The notes under the pieces are model-generated. The model was given only the letters and a program-made list of their open reading frames with translations, had not been told where the DNA came from and did no database searches. DNA of 63,233 bases, counting the filler, from Atractiella rhizophila (taxonomy: Eukaryota), in NCBI GenBank assembly GCA_021432655.1. It is 4 parts of 3 records of this genome, joined end to end, with 100 filler letters (N's around TTAATTAATTAA, not from the genome) between each part and the next. Parts side by side here need not be neighbours in the genome. Positions count along the whole stretch, not along the records: positions 37,160 to 62,041 come from MU271618.1; 3 more parts are not named here. One strand, given 5' to 3'. The number at the start of each line of letters is the position of its first letter. Position 1 is the first letter of the stretch. Positions 39,275-51,500 of this stretch are shown here, piece after piece. The position numbers and the translations under genes were made by a program.

Positions 39275-40792
39275 CTACGATGCCTAAACAAACATCTGGA
39301 GAATCAGACGGATCGCCGAAAAAACAGATGAACTCACCCTACCAGTCACATCCGCTACCACACCTTCCAGCACAGAACCCTCACTAGCCCCATCCTCCGC
39401 AACACGCTCATCCTGCCTCCTTTTAAACAATTCCATTTGCAACTCGGCGGCCTTAAGAGCATCCGCCGCCGCTTGCGCATTTAACCTGGCGGCCTCGAGC
39501 ATCGTGCGTGCGAAATCCATGCTGAAAGCTTCGGAGTACAACCGGGCGGCGCTCAGCATAGAATGCGAGGGAGAGTCCTCGTCGGCGTCCGACACATTCT
39601 CATAATTGCTCTCGGCGAAAGCTGACGGACGTTTTCTCCCGTCGCCGATACGTTTAGGATGGAAGGTAGTCGACATCACGACCAGCATAGAGAGTTCCCG
39701 CAAATAACCCAAAGGCAAGACCTCACACCTCTTTCGCGAACTGTGACAACGCGAACAAACCCGACCGAACGCGGTTGCAACATACCCAGCGGAGAAGTCA
39801 CACATTTGAGATTCGTTGTCGGCCTTAGCCTTCTTTTTCGCCGCTTTGACAGGCGCCGCTCGAATTTTTCCGGTACAATTACTACATCGCTGCGTTCCGA
39901 ATGCTCGTTAACGTGGGGAGGATGCGCGGGTTCGCCCGAGGAGTCATGATAACCAATTCGAGTTCCAATTCACCCAGATTGATGTTCGCCGCAGCATGAG
40001 AATAAGCCTCACGGGTACCTGGCCAGAAGTAACGATATTTCGCCGCATCCAATTCCTTGTCGCCGATTCGCACTTTTCCGTCCCACACCACGAATTCGGC
40101 GACCGGCGCACCGGCGAACGGATTTCGATCCCCCAACGCTGCAGGCAGAACAAAGGTTGTCGCAGTAACCAGATGGTCAGATAGAGTCCTCACAACCCCG
40201 ACCTCGGGTCCTTTCACCGCCGAAATCGACCTTTGAGCACGCAAATTTTCTTCCGCCGCTCGTCGTTTATTTTCAAGCGCCACCCGTTTGCGTTCCTCTT
40301 CTTCCTTCGCCAAGCGTTTTTTCGTGTCGGACAAGAAAAGCTCTCGTTCTTTCCTCCGCAAAACAGGGTCGCCATTCGCCGACTCGGAGGGCTGAAACCC
40401 GAGTCTCACCGCTTCCTCCTCCACGAGCGCCGCTTGTTCGGCCCAAAGACGAAGTTCATCACGCAACGCCTGCAGACCTTCCACAGGCATATGCAAAGGA
40501 AATGACAAAACCCGTCCATCACCGAAACCTTTGGCAGCCTCATAAGCCATTCGCACCTTCCCATCGCCGACGAGTTACCACACAAAATATACGAGACAAG
40601 AAAACTCACCTCTGCCTGCACCTCATCACAAAATTTGACATACAGAGGGTAGCACCTTTTCCCCCACTCCAACACATCGGCGAAACGCCCGAAGTTCACC
40701 TCCTTCGCTTTCTCCACGTCCCAGAAAATGGTGCTCTCCTTCCTATCCTTGTTAGCCAGAACAAAGTCGAAGAGTTGCGCATCGGTAGACAT
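39275..40792 (-). pseudogene. Spliced gene antisense to an LTR element's 3' internal region; coiled coil plus Cys cluster; one frameshift near 39905
   Basis: ATG 40792; GTGAGT donors near 40609 and 39338; charged helix KKRLAKEEEERKR; CSNC...C...CSRCHSSRKRC; lies just inside the PPT/LTR at 40905-41405. Confidence 0.55.
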
Positions 40793-40915
40793 TTTTGCAA
40801 GAGTAGACGGAGGGTGATGGTGGTAGAACTGGAAAATTTTTCGCCCAAGCTAGCCGCAAACCTTAACTTTAAAATTCCGTGACTCACGTACACGAGTCAG
40901 AAATTTGGGGGGTGT

Positions 40916-41405
40916 TGTCAGGCTTGCCCCTACGCATTACCGAAATGCACCATCTGAAGTCACGTGACCCACTTTACCATGCCATAGGACCACGCGCCTG
41001 CCCATCGCCGCTTTGCTCACGTTCTCGCTGATCGCCGCCTTCCCCTGTCTCACACGAATCGCCGCTCAGCAAACCTTATACATTTCGCCGGTCTGCACCG
41101 TCTCCATTATTGCTTTATTGTCCTTTCTCACTTGTACTGCTCAGTATGTCTTATTTCCGAGTTTTCCTTTTATTGCTTTCCTGATCTAGCTATCTTACAT
41201 GTTTCAAGAAACTTATGATACAGTTTATGGCAGTGCTTTTACATATGTATATATACATCGAGATGTAGTGGTGGTGACCTCAGAGTATTCTCTTAGGTTT
41301 ACCTCCACTACAGGTTAGTCTTCTCATGCCATATTATTCCCTTAGGTTTACCTCCACTACAGACGCATCGCCTATCGGCGACCGCACATAGTGTTAGCCC
41401 TAACA
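40916..41405 (+). mobile_element. LTR (~490 bp), probable 3' LTR preceded by a purine-rich tract
   Basis: Starts TGTCAGG, ends CCCTAACA (imperfect inverted termini); agaaatttggggggtgt immediately upstream; 3' half homologous to 47195-47618 and 47863-48349. Confidence 0.85.
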
Positions 41406-42488
41406 CGGTGTTGCCTCTGTGGAGCATGTGCTTGCTGCTGCTGCCGAATCTCACGGGTCAAATGTTGAGGAGGTGTAGGTTGTGTAAGCTGAAAGCACTG
41501 AGGTAACCCTGCAGCATGCCTCTCTGAATGCCGGGGAGGATCAATGGGGCTGTCTTCTCGCCTCCGCTGCTGGGCATGAATTCGTGTCTCAGCACCTTTT
41601 TTTGCTTGGGACGGGGCATAATGAGTCTACTTGGCCATCAGAAGCACGTAAGCGGCGATATTTCACTTACATATCAGTCCTTTCCTTCCCTGGCGGAATT
41701 TGGTTTATTGTGGGGCTGCTGCGGCAGAATTGCAGGGACAGTGGTGGCTATTTCCCTGCTTTCAAGGGTTCGAGTCCAGTACAAAATGCATTTTTTCAAC
41801 CCTTTCAGAATAAAATTTCCTTGCAGGTTCAGAAAGGGGCAAGCATATGGGTTATGATGGTATAATTCATTTCATTCTATTGTGCTTGGTGTGGGAGGTG
41901 TGAGGGCTCAAAAGTGCGTCTTATGACTCACGCCAAGAAACCCAACGCTCTTAGAAGAATAGAAGAAACACAGAGGTGTCTTGATGACCGCCGATGATGA
42001 TGACTAACAAACGTGACAGATCTCGGTAGGCATGTGCTGGATGCTGAGGAGAGACGAGTAAGAAATGGTACAGAGTGCATTAGAAAAATAGAAGGGCAAT
42101 TTTTACTATCTCCCATTGAAGGGGTAAGCCTCTCATCATATCGAAAAGAAAAGAGGTTGGAGGACTATTTTGTGCCTTTTGCATCTCAGTCAAAAAGTTT
42201 GCTTGCAGTGTTCAAGTTATATGCAAGAGGTCAACTTGAAACCTGGCGGCCTGAAGCTTGAAGAGCCATGAGGCAAACTTGTCAAGCAGGTTTGATGTTT
42301 GGCCCAACTCCTACTGGTGTTAATGCCCTTCAGCTTCAAATGCTGCAGCCTTCATAAAGGCTAACAAGCTTGATTAGAAATCCAACTTGATGTTGTCCAT
42401 AATGGTGTCTTCACTATTTTTCCTGAGTGGATATTCAGGTTTGGGTCCTCAAATATTCACAAGTTAACTGCTCCATTTGGGATACTAT

Positions 42489-42557
42489 TGTCAGGCTTGG
42501 TTCCATATACTACCGAAAATGCGCTTGCCTAGGTCATGTGACCTACTTTCCTACTTT
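42489..42557 (+). mobile_element. 5' fragment of the same LTR family
   Basis: tgtcaggcttgg...taccgaaaatgc...gtcatgtgacctacttt resembles the LTR start at 40916. Confidence 0.55.
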
Positions 42558-42857
42558 GCAGATTGCTGCCCTTACTAATTGCCTGTCAGGGTGGACATAA
42601 AGATGTGTGTGAATGTGATGTGTCAGATAGCATACCGTAAGGACAATGCTTAGCAGAAATCCTGACTACCTGAACTGTTGGAGATTAATGATACAATGAA
42701 GGGGAGAAAAGGAGATATATGTGCTGATGCCAATCTCAATTGTTTGTTTTGCGTTCCGGATGCCGGCCAAACTTGTGCACTTCAGCGCTAGCCTGGACTT
42801 ATAAACGTGACTCTTGATTTTGCTTTCTGTTTTCCCTAATCAAATATCGTTACTTTA

Positions 42858-42981
42858 GACTGGTGCGTTTTGAAATGAAAATAGTAGCTCCGTATCTTTG
42901 CTCACAATGTCTAATGTTCCCCAATCACATATAAGCAAATGTGAGTCGGAGCTACTATTTTCATTTCAAAACGCACCAGTC
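42858..42981. mobile_element. 124-bp MITE with perfect 35-bp TIRs and TA target-site duplication (Tc1/mariner type)
   Basis: gactggtgcgttttgaaatgaaaatagtagctccg at 42858-42892 and its exact reverse complement at 42947-42981; TA on both sides. Confidence 0.92.
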
Positions 42982-43160
42982 TAGTCATATGACCTACTTT
43001 CCTACTTCACAGGTCCATGCTCTTGCCAATCGCCGCCTTGCATATGCCTGCACTCTGCCCCACTCAGTATTGCGGTTTGCATAAAACATGCGACTCTGCG
43101 AAGTTGTAAGAACAAAGAAAGTAGCGTGAACCTTAAGCTCCACTGCGGAGTTTCGTCCAA

Positions 43161-44350
43161 ATGAGTCATGCTCTAAACATCTTCTCGCTTCTTCCTTGCT
43201 TGTGTTTGTTCGTTTCGCCCATTCTCCTTGTGCATTCTTTCCGCTCACCTTGTCCAATCGCTACGTCCTATTTCAAGCGTCACCCTCTTTCAGAAGACCT
43301 CAAGAAGCGGATTGGGGTTTGGGTTCAAGACCAAGGAAAGCCTGTCCTTCAGGCAGCAGAAGTTGCTGGTTGTGATAGAAGCACGGTTTATCGCATCCTC
43401 AAGAACTTCAGGCTTTATGGCAGCATGGACTGCCCTTCCCCTCACACTTCTGCCCGCCCACGTCTCCTCAATACTCCAGATATCAACTTCCTCATGTCTG
43501 TTATTCGTACAGATCCATCCCTTTACCTTGATGAGCTCCAAGACTGCCTTGAAGATCAACGGTGTGTCTATGCCTCGCTCTCCACCATCCACCGTACAAT
43601 CCATCATCTTGGCCTCACCCACAAACAGCTATCGTCGAGCCATCCAACGGAATGAGGTTTTACGGGATAATCACATCCTGGAGATGATGATGTACGCGAG
43701 GGAGCTGTTTGTCTGGTTGGATGAGTCGGGTTTTGATGATAACGATAGTAGGAGGGATTGGGGTTATGGTGCTCAAGGTCAGAGAGCTTCTTATAAGGAT
43801 TATTGGGGCCGAGGGGAGCGACTGGGCATCTGGCCGGCAATGGATTGTGGGGGTGTCTTCATTCACAAGATCTTCAAGGGACCATTGATATGGATAACTT
43901 TTCGGAGTTCCTGGTTGACTTGGTAAGTACTCTGCTATGTCTCCAACTATGTTATCCCCCATGGCTTATTGTCATTACCAATCCACACCTCAATCCGTAC
44001 CCACAAGCACGAAGCATAATCGTTTTGGACAATGCAGCTATTCATCATCATGACTTAATCTATCGACTTCTGGTTGAGTACAAAGGTAGTGCCTTCAATA
44101 TCCTCTCTACCCTTTGTAAGTATTTGCTGACCTGATTCTGGATTCAGGGTGTAAGCTCATTTACCTACCTCCCCATTCATCCGACCTCAATCCCATCAAA
44201 GAACTCTTTGCCTGTATCAAGAAATGGTTGAAGCGCTGGCATAGGGACACGCTCAACCTTGTGGATAAGGAGGATATCATTATGGATGCATGTGATGCTG
44301 TCAATGCAGAGTTGGTTGGAGGTTGGATAACAGATTCATTTTACTCATAA
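43161..44350 (+). pseudogene. Degenerate Tc1/IS630-like transposase (HTH plus DDE domain)
   Basis: HTH AAEVAGCDRSTVYRI, PSLYLDELQ..L, SLSTIHR, VWLDESG, IIVLDNAAIHH, YLPPHSSDLNPIKE (canonical NPIE changed); frameshifts near 43630 and 43885. Confidence 0.85.
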
Positions 44351-44703
44351 TCCGTGCGTATGCTCTACTTGCCTATCCCTCCGAGGTTCGATATTTTAGT
44401 CCTAAAATGCTGTTTGTTCCACATGAGGTGGGTAGCACTGCTTCCGAGGCTGAAGTATTGAAGTTGAAGCCACAAGCTGGCTTGTCTCTTGAATTCTAAG
44501 CCGTGTCACCAGGTTTCACTTCCTTCTGCTGTGACAACATGTTGCACCTATGAGAAGATGCAGGGAATGTTTGAATATGATCAATGGGTTTGCTTGACAA
44601 GTGGTCACCTCCTTTGAACATCAGTTCTCTGTTTGATCTCCCTATGGGATGATCACGCCTCCAAGCAACACAGGCAGTTGCTTGTCATGTTGCTGCCACT
44701 TGT

Positions 44704-46774
44704 TTGCATGCTATAAAGGCTCTGCTACAGTCATGTCAAAGCCCAAAAACGGCTCACAAATCTGACCAGTTTAACTCGGAAAATCCAAATCATCAGGCCC
44801 AGATAGCTCGCATTCCTGAACAGGTCAGGCAGGCGGTGTTGGAAGCCTGGATGAGTTTGGGAAGAGCTCCAACGAATATGGAGGTTTCTTGCCTTGGTCA
44901 TAACAGTAGTGACCATGAACAAAATTTTGTATATGCTAATCCTTTCAAGGAAACAATGGGTCTTGCCGATAGTGAGTTTAATGTCTATTTCACTGATTTG
45001 GCATATTATCTTACAAGTTATGGTTTCAGTTGCAACAGATCCAACTTATCTGGCAACGGGAATGACACCTGGTGCTGTTCTAGTTCTTTCACATCACAAT
45101 CAACCGATTAACTCGTATTTAACAGTTATGTATAATTGGCATCGAGCCATGAATCCACAGACAACACTTATGGATGCTCCACCTCCTTCATATGGTGTTA
45201 TTGATAAAGGGAAAGGCAAGTCTTTATCTGAGACAGTCACGGGAAGATTCACAGACTGTTGGATTAGATGAATTGACTTTAGAGTGGGTGACAATGGTCC
45301 AAGCTTCGGCATCAGGTCCGCCCGCACGTGTACCTGTTCCGAAGCCAAGGACTGAGAGTCGTCCATGGCTAATCAATGTCGCTGCATATGGATATTTGAG
45401 CTTTTTAGAAGCTCTGCTTGCAAAGCTTAACATAGGAGACCAGTTTGCCACTTTGACGGAGGAGAATTGGTATGTTTTCAAGTGGCATACTAGTGTTAGG
45501 TTTGTAGACTTTACTTTGCATAGACTTTGATCAGGGCTAATCTATGAAACAGAAGACTAGGCCCAAGACCTGTACTACGGAAGAAGACTTTGGTATCTTT
45601 CAACGAGATGTCTTCCTGAATCCAAAGAAATGTGTCGTCATACTCCACCGTGCAGATTTGGAGGCCTTGGAACAGCCTACACCGGTTTGTTTTTGTCTTT
45701 TCTACATGGGTAACCTTTGACTTGCCACCTTTCACTAGACCCCCACACCCATCGCTGGAGTAGCTGCTGTGGGTATATTTCCTTCCGATGTCTACATTTT
45801 GACGTCTTGATAGGGGGATATGATTAGAGGAGGAAGAGATCCACTTGCGACTGAAATGCTTCCCGGAGGTGCATTAACGTGAGTAAGTGATGCTTATGCT
45901 TTCTAATGTACTTCAAGTTATTGATGCCATCTTTCAGGTTCCTAACGGTGAGGATGTTCCTCCGAGGGGAATTGCACGAGCTGAGGCTGTTATTGTGGCG
46001 AAGAAACACTTTGCTTGCCAGGAACATGGCAACTGGTGCTTTGTTGATGGGGATGGGAGACATCATCCTCTGTCAGAGAATGATGTTCGTTTGTTTAGTA
46101 TTCATAAGGTGTGTTCCTCCTTTGTCTGTAAGGTCATACGGTTTGTTGAATATGAATTGGAAAGGTGGACCGTGGCACCTTTACTGAGCTGCCCCCCGGA
46201 CTTTTAGGAGATCGTCTTCTAGATCGACATGCTCAAGGAGGCAGGCCAAAGGCAAGAGGAAGAACAGGACCAGGTCGCGCTCCACCTGAAAGTGCTGCCG
46301 ACATTGTGAAAGCTATTATCGATACTGCCGGCCTTGCTGACTATTCAACGGCCCCTGTCCACGCATGCTGAGCAAACAAATGTCATGCAGCTGGCCTCCC
46401 CTCCAAGAACACCTTCCAACATCAAACAAGCTTGCAGTCCTACGCTGGCCCTTTCCCCATCTACGGTGCAGCCTCGACTTCTTGATCTTCTGCACCTCCT
46501 CCGAGCTTTTGACCAGACACAACCTCAGTCCTCAGCTCAAGCAGCAAGTGGTGGCCGTTACACGAGCTTGTTCGAGGTGATAAGAGAGAGAGGGGTGATG
46601 TTTGAGGGATTGATCTAGCTAGGAAATGGAGATGATGGGCTGCTCGACACCTTGAGAGATTTGGGGTTTAATTGGGCAGAACTCAGCTTAATTGCGGAGT
46701 TTTCAGTGTCTTGCTGGGAATCTAAGAGAAGACAGAGGATGTGCAGTGGTTCAAAGAGGGCTCGAACGGAATAG
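44704..46774 (+). pseudogene. Degenerate multi-exon gene with a Cys/His motif, probably transposon-associated
   Basis: Spliced pieces including HFACQEHGNWCFVDGDGRHHPLSENDVRLF..GTFTELPP; in-frame TAG at 46616-46618 followed by continued open frame to 46774. 5' boundary uncertain. Confidence 0.45.
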
Positions 46775-47194
46775 GAGGATGGGGGATTTAGTCAGGTCTT
46801 GCAACATTGGCTTCACTTTGGGGCACTTTGTAGAGTGCTAATAATCAGCATATTATGATCATTGCTGTTCCGTATTAGTTGGCACAACGGATAGGACAGG
46901 CTGTGGATTGAAGTGATGATGAACATTGTTCGACACTCTGCGAGAGGAATGCGGAGGAAACTGTGGAGGAAGTTCCTCCAAAATGCAGAAAAAACTCTGA
47001 GGAATATGGAAACAGCGGCGGGCCGAGCATCCAGCGCTAGCACCAACTCTTTGAAAGTTGCATGTTTTATGCAAACGGCAATATATCCCATTCATTTCAC
47101 TGGTCTACACCGTTACCGTTTTCATCTTGACATCCTTTTGTATTGCTCTTCTCATCATTCTTACTTCTGATTATTTCCTCTGTTGCCTTCCCGA

Positions 47195-47618
47195 TGTCAG
47201 GTTTGCACAAATCAGCACCTGTTCGCCGGATTGTGTCTCCTATTGCCCATTTGCGTTTCCCGCAAATCAATGCCCGGTCGCCCGTTTGCCTTCTACGCAA
47301 ATCGGCACCCAGTCGTCACTCTGCGCTCACATCACTACTTAGTCCAATGTGTCTATTCTCCTCTTATTAAACCTGCATAATCCTATTGTCACTTTCCTCT
47401 TTTGGTTCTCGTACATGTTTCGTCTGCTCTCCTCTACATTTTGTAGCAGTGTGATTACTGCTTGTATATAGATCAAAGAGTAGTGGAGGTGACCTTAGAG
47501 TATTCTCCTAGATTTATCTCCACAACAGGTTAGTCTTCTCATGCCTATCATGCACTTAGGTTTATCTCCATACAGACGCATCGCCCATCGACAACTGTAC
47601 ATAGTGTCAGCCCTAACA
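47195..47618 (+). mobile_element. Solo LTR with 5-bp TSD (cccga/tccga)
   Basis: TGTCAGG...CCCTAACA; shares gacc.tagagtattctc, caggttagtcttctcatgcc and cagacgcatcgcc blocks with 40916-41405. Confidence 0.88.
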
Positions 47619-47632
47619 TCCGATTCAGTTAT

Positions 47633-47832
47633 CCTACATGTTTCATACAACCTACTTTACAGATTATGGTACTGCCCCAACACATATATATAAATTAAGA
47701 TGTAGTGGTGATGACCCTAGAGTATTCTCTCTCCACTACAGGTTGATCACTTCATGTCATGATATTCTCTTGGGTTTATCTCCATCACAGGTACACCACC
47801 GATTGGCGACTGTAGATAGTGTCTGCTCTAAT
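47633..47832 (+). mobile_element. Degenerate 3' half of the same LTR family
   Basis: acatgtttca...atatatata...gatgtagtggtgatgaccctagagtattctc...atagtgtctgctctaata. Confidence 0.7.
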
Positions 47833-47862
47833 AACTATTTGTTTTATTCAGAACCGATGTCT

Positions 47863-48349
47863 TGTTAGGGCTGACAATATGTATGGTCATTAACTGGTAT
47901 GTGTCTGTACTGGAGATGAACCTAAGAGCATAACATGATATGTGAAGACTAACCTGTAGTAGAGATGAACCTAAGAGAACACTCTGTAATCACCTTCACT
48001 GCTATCCAATCTATATACAAGCGGAATAACACTGCTACAACGTTAGAGGAGAGTGTATGAAACATGTAGAGAATCAAAAGGGAAAGTAACAGTGGAATTA
48101 TGTGGATCGATAAGAGGAGAGAAAATAAAATTGCACCAAGTAGTGATGGGAGCTACAAACCAGCGATGGGAGTGCAAATAGGCGAATGAGTGCCGACCTA
48201 CACAGAACACAAATGGGTGATGGGAGATGCAAAGTGGGGATGGGAGTGCACACGGATGAATTGACGACAATTCACATAGAATCTGAATGGGCAATGGGAG
48301 ATGCAAATCGGTAAACAGGTGCCAATTTACATGAGATGTAATCCTGACA
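47863..48349 (-). mobile_element. Solo LTR of the same family, inverted
   Basis: tgttagggctgaca at 47863 and cctgaca ending 48349 are the reverse complements of the family termini; no TSD match seen. Confidence 0.8.
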
Positions 48350-48562
48350 AGAAAGTAGTGTATGATAGCAATACTCCTCTACTGTCCGTGGCATATAGGG
48401 TGAAACATAAATGCATTATACACAGAGTTTTAATCAAAAGATTCCTTTTCCCTTATGTTGGACTTGTTTCGTTTGCCTGAAGCTTTACCCCTACAGAAGG
48501 TCAGTTTGTATAGAGACTGTCAGGTGAAATGTACTGAAACAAGCGAGTAATACCTTGCAATT

Positions 48563-51500
48563 TCAAAACCTTTTTGTAGCAGGTTCTTGTGTAACACCTG
48601 CTACTTTTTCTGCCTGTCCAATTCTATCCAGCAAATTGTCACAGTCTTCAATGTCTGAAGCTGCACAGCATTCTGTGTAAAGCTGACAAGCTTTCACAAT
48701 TTCCTCCCTCGCTTCAGCATAATTTGACAATAGGAAGAGTTGTTGTGCCATTCTCTCTCTGCTGAATGCCTCCAAGTAGCCACCCACTGTCTGACTCACA
48801 ATGATTGCTTGCTTATAAAACTCAATCGCCTTCATGAACTGAGAGTCCTGAATGAGAGCAGAAGCAGTGCTGTAGAGACAATTGAGTTGACCTCCCACAT
48901 CTTCAAGGGCTAAATAGAGCTGCTTTGCCTCCTCAAACAGTTTCAGTGCTTCCTCAATCTTCCCGCGACGCTGCTTGATCTCCCCCATGCTGCGAATGCA
49001 GTGGGCCAGGCCTTGCCGATCTTCCACCACCAGATACAGCTGCTTTGCCTCCTCAAACTGTTTCAGTGCTTCCTCAATCTTCCCACGACGCTGCTCGATC
49101 TCCCCCATGCTGCGAATGCAGTGGGCCAGGCCTCGCCGATCTTCCACCACCAGATACAGCTGCTTTGCCTCCTCAAACTGTTTCAGTGCTTCCTCATTCT
49201 TCCCACGATGCTGCTCGATCTCCCCCATGCTGCGAATGCAGTGGGCCAGGCCTTGCCCATCTTCCACCACCAGATACAGCTGCTTTGCCTCCTCAAACTG
49301 TTTCAGTGCTTCCTCATTCTTCCCACGACGCTGCTCGATCTCCCCCATGCTGAGAATGCAGTGGGCCAGGCCTCGCCGATCTTCCACCACCAGATACAGC
49401 TGCTTTGCCTCCTCAAACTGTTTCAGTGCTTCCTCATTCTTCCCACGACGCTGCTCGATCTCCCCCATGCTGAGAATGCAGTGGGCCAGGCCTCGCCGAT
49501 CTTCCACCACCAGATACAGCTGCTTTGCCTCCTCAAACTGTTTCAGTGCTTCCTCATTCTTCCCACGACCCTGCTCGATCTCCCCCATGCTGCGAATACA
49601 GTGGGCCAGGCCTCGCCGATCTTCCACCACCAGATACAGCTGCTTTGCCTCCTCAAACTGTTTCAGTGCTTCCTCATTCTTCCCACAACCCTGCTCGATC
49701 GCCCCCATGCTGCGAATACAGTGGGCCAGGCCTCGCCGATCTTCCACCACCAGATACAGCTGCTTTGCCTCCTCAAACTGTTTCAGTGCTTCCTCATTCT
49801 TCCCACGACGCTGCTCGATCTCCCCCATGCTGCGAATGCAGTGGGCCAGGCCTTGCCGATCTTCCCACGACCGTGCTCGATCGCCCCCATGCTGCGAATA
49901 CAGTGGGCCAGGCCTTGCCAATCTTCCAACACCAGATACAGCTGCTTTGCCTCCTCAAACTGTTTCAGCGCCTGTTGTAGGTTGCCCTTCTGTCGAAAAC
50001 ATAATCCAAGAGCCCTCTTCAATTTTGCTGTGGCTGCTGGGGGTGATGTAACCTTCTTGCAAGACAAAGCACACTGAATCAATGCCACTGAGAGGAGGCT
50101 TTGAAGATGCAGAAAGTTCCATATTTCTACAATGAAATTGAATCCTGTTGTCGGATCTTTGAGATGTTTGAAAGAAGCTAGCAATATGCGTTCAAGGTTT
50201 GGAAAATCGTTGCGAAAAGTCAACAGTCCGATCCGTTCAGCATCATCTTCGAAACGTCGAAAATTTTTACGAGCCTTCTCAATCAGACCTTCAGTTAACG
50301 GTTCGAGCGATAAAGTGGTGACTTTGAAAGGAGGAAGAGGACCCAACACCCAAACGGTTGATATATTCACGAATCGGGGCCAGCATGCGCAATCGTGATG
50401 TGTGTGTAAGAATATCATCAACATTTTCAGCAAGTCCGACCTTTAAGATTGAGGTGACGAGCACAGCAGAATCCTCTGAATGGGGAAGGCTGGAGTTATT
50501 GCCAAAGGCGATAATGTCGTCAGCCAGAAGACCATCAGGGGTCCACGATAGAAGGGCAAGGATAAAAGCACTGAGGTCCTCATTCTTCTTGACCAGAGGC
50601 GAATCGAACGAGAAGGAGATCGAAGTTGCCAGAGTGTGCGTCTCTTCGCTGTCTTCGTTCCAGAGTACGTTCGTTTTCTTTACCTCCCATTCACCCACCA
50701 AAACCCTTAGCTCCTTGGTGGATTCTTCATTCGCACGAAGAATGAAGAGCTTGATAGACAAGGCATGACGATCCAGCTTGGCGACGATGTCTTCGACTAA
50801 CTGGTCATCACCCTGGCGATATCCTTTTCTGCCCACGTACATATATTCAAACATACCAAGCGCGCCGACGTCGCTCAAGCCTCCAATCACTAGTTCTTGA
50901 AATCTCACACCTTTCGAGTTCACACGCTCAACTTGATGGCCTCGATGTACTACAACGAGAATAGAACCAGAAGGGCATTGTCTGGAAAAGAAAGCCTGGA
51001 AGAATGGCTGTAGGTTATTCTTGTCAGCCCGTGCAGGGGTCTCAAAGTTATCGAGGATAAGGAGACACTTGTGAGTGTTGAAATAGCGTGTGATAGCAGT
51101 AAGCTCATCCTCGCCAGGCGGAGGAGCTAATCCAAAAACTTCCTTGCAAAGGTTGATCGAGAGCGAGGAGAAGTCGGAGAAAGCGTCGCACCGTGCCCAA
51201 AAGCGAAAGTCTGCTTCCTTGCCATCCGTGGCGGTCCTGAATGCGTTTTTGATTTTGTCTGCATGTAGGACTTCCAGTGCAACGGTAGATTTGCCATTCC
51301 CTGCACCACCAATGATAGCAAGGTGCTTCTTGTCGGTAAGGATGAATTCTATCGCTTTCTCAACCTCCTCTTCTCTTCCGTAACAAGCTGCTAGAGGAGG
51401 TAAAGCAATCTTCCTGTGCACTGCGACACGATCTTTATGGTCTACAGAGCAGAACGTTAGCATACAATCACCAGCGACGAAGAATATACCTTTCGCCAGC

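Noticed and set aside
41900..42480. Decayed ORF remnant between LTR copies
   Set aside because: Interrupted by stops and no family motif recognised.
48918..49968. Repeat array as CRISPR-like, or the 358-aa + strand ORFs as genes
   Set aside because: No unique spacers; period is 120 bp and codes TPRs on the minus strand. The + strand ORFs are antisense shadows of the repeat.
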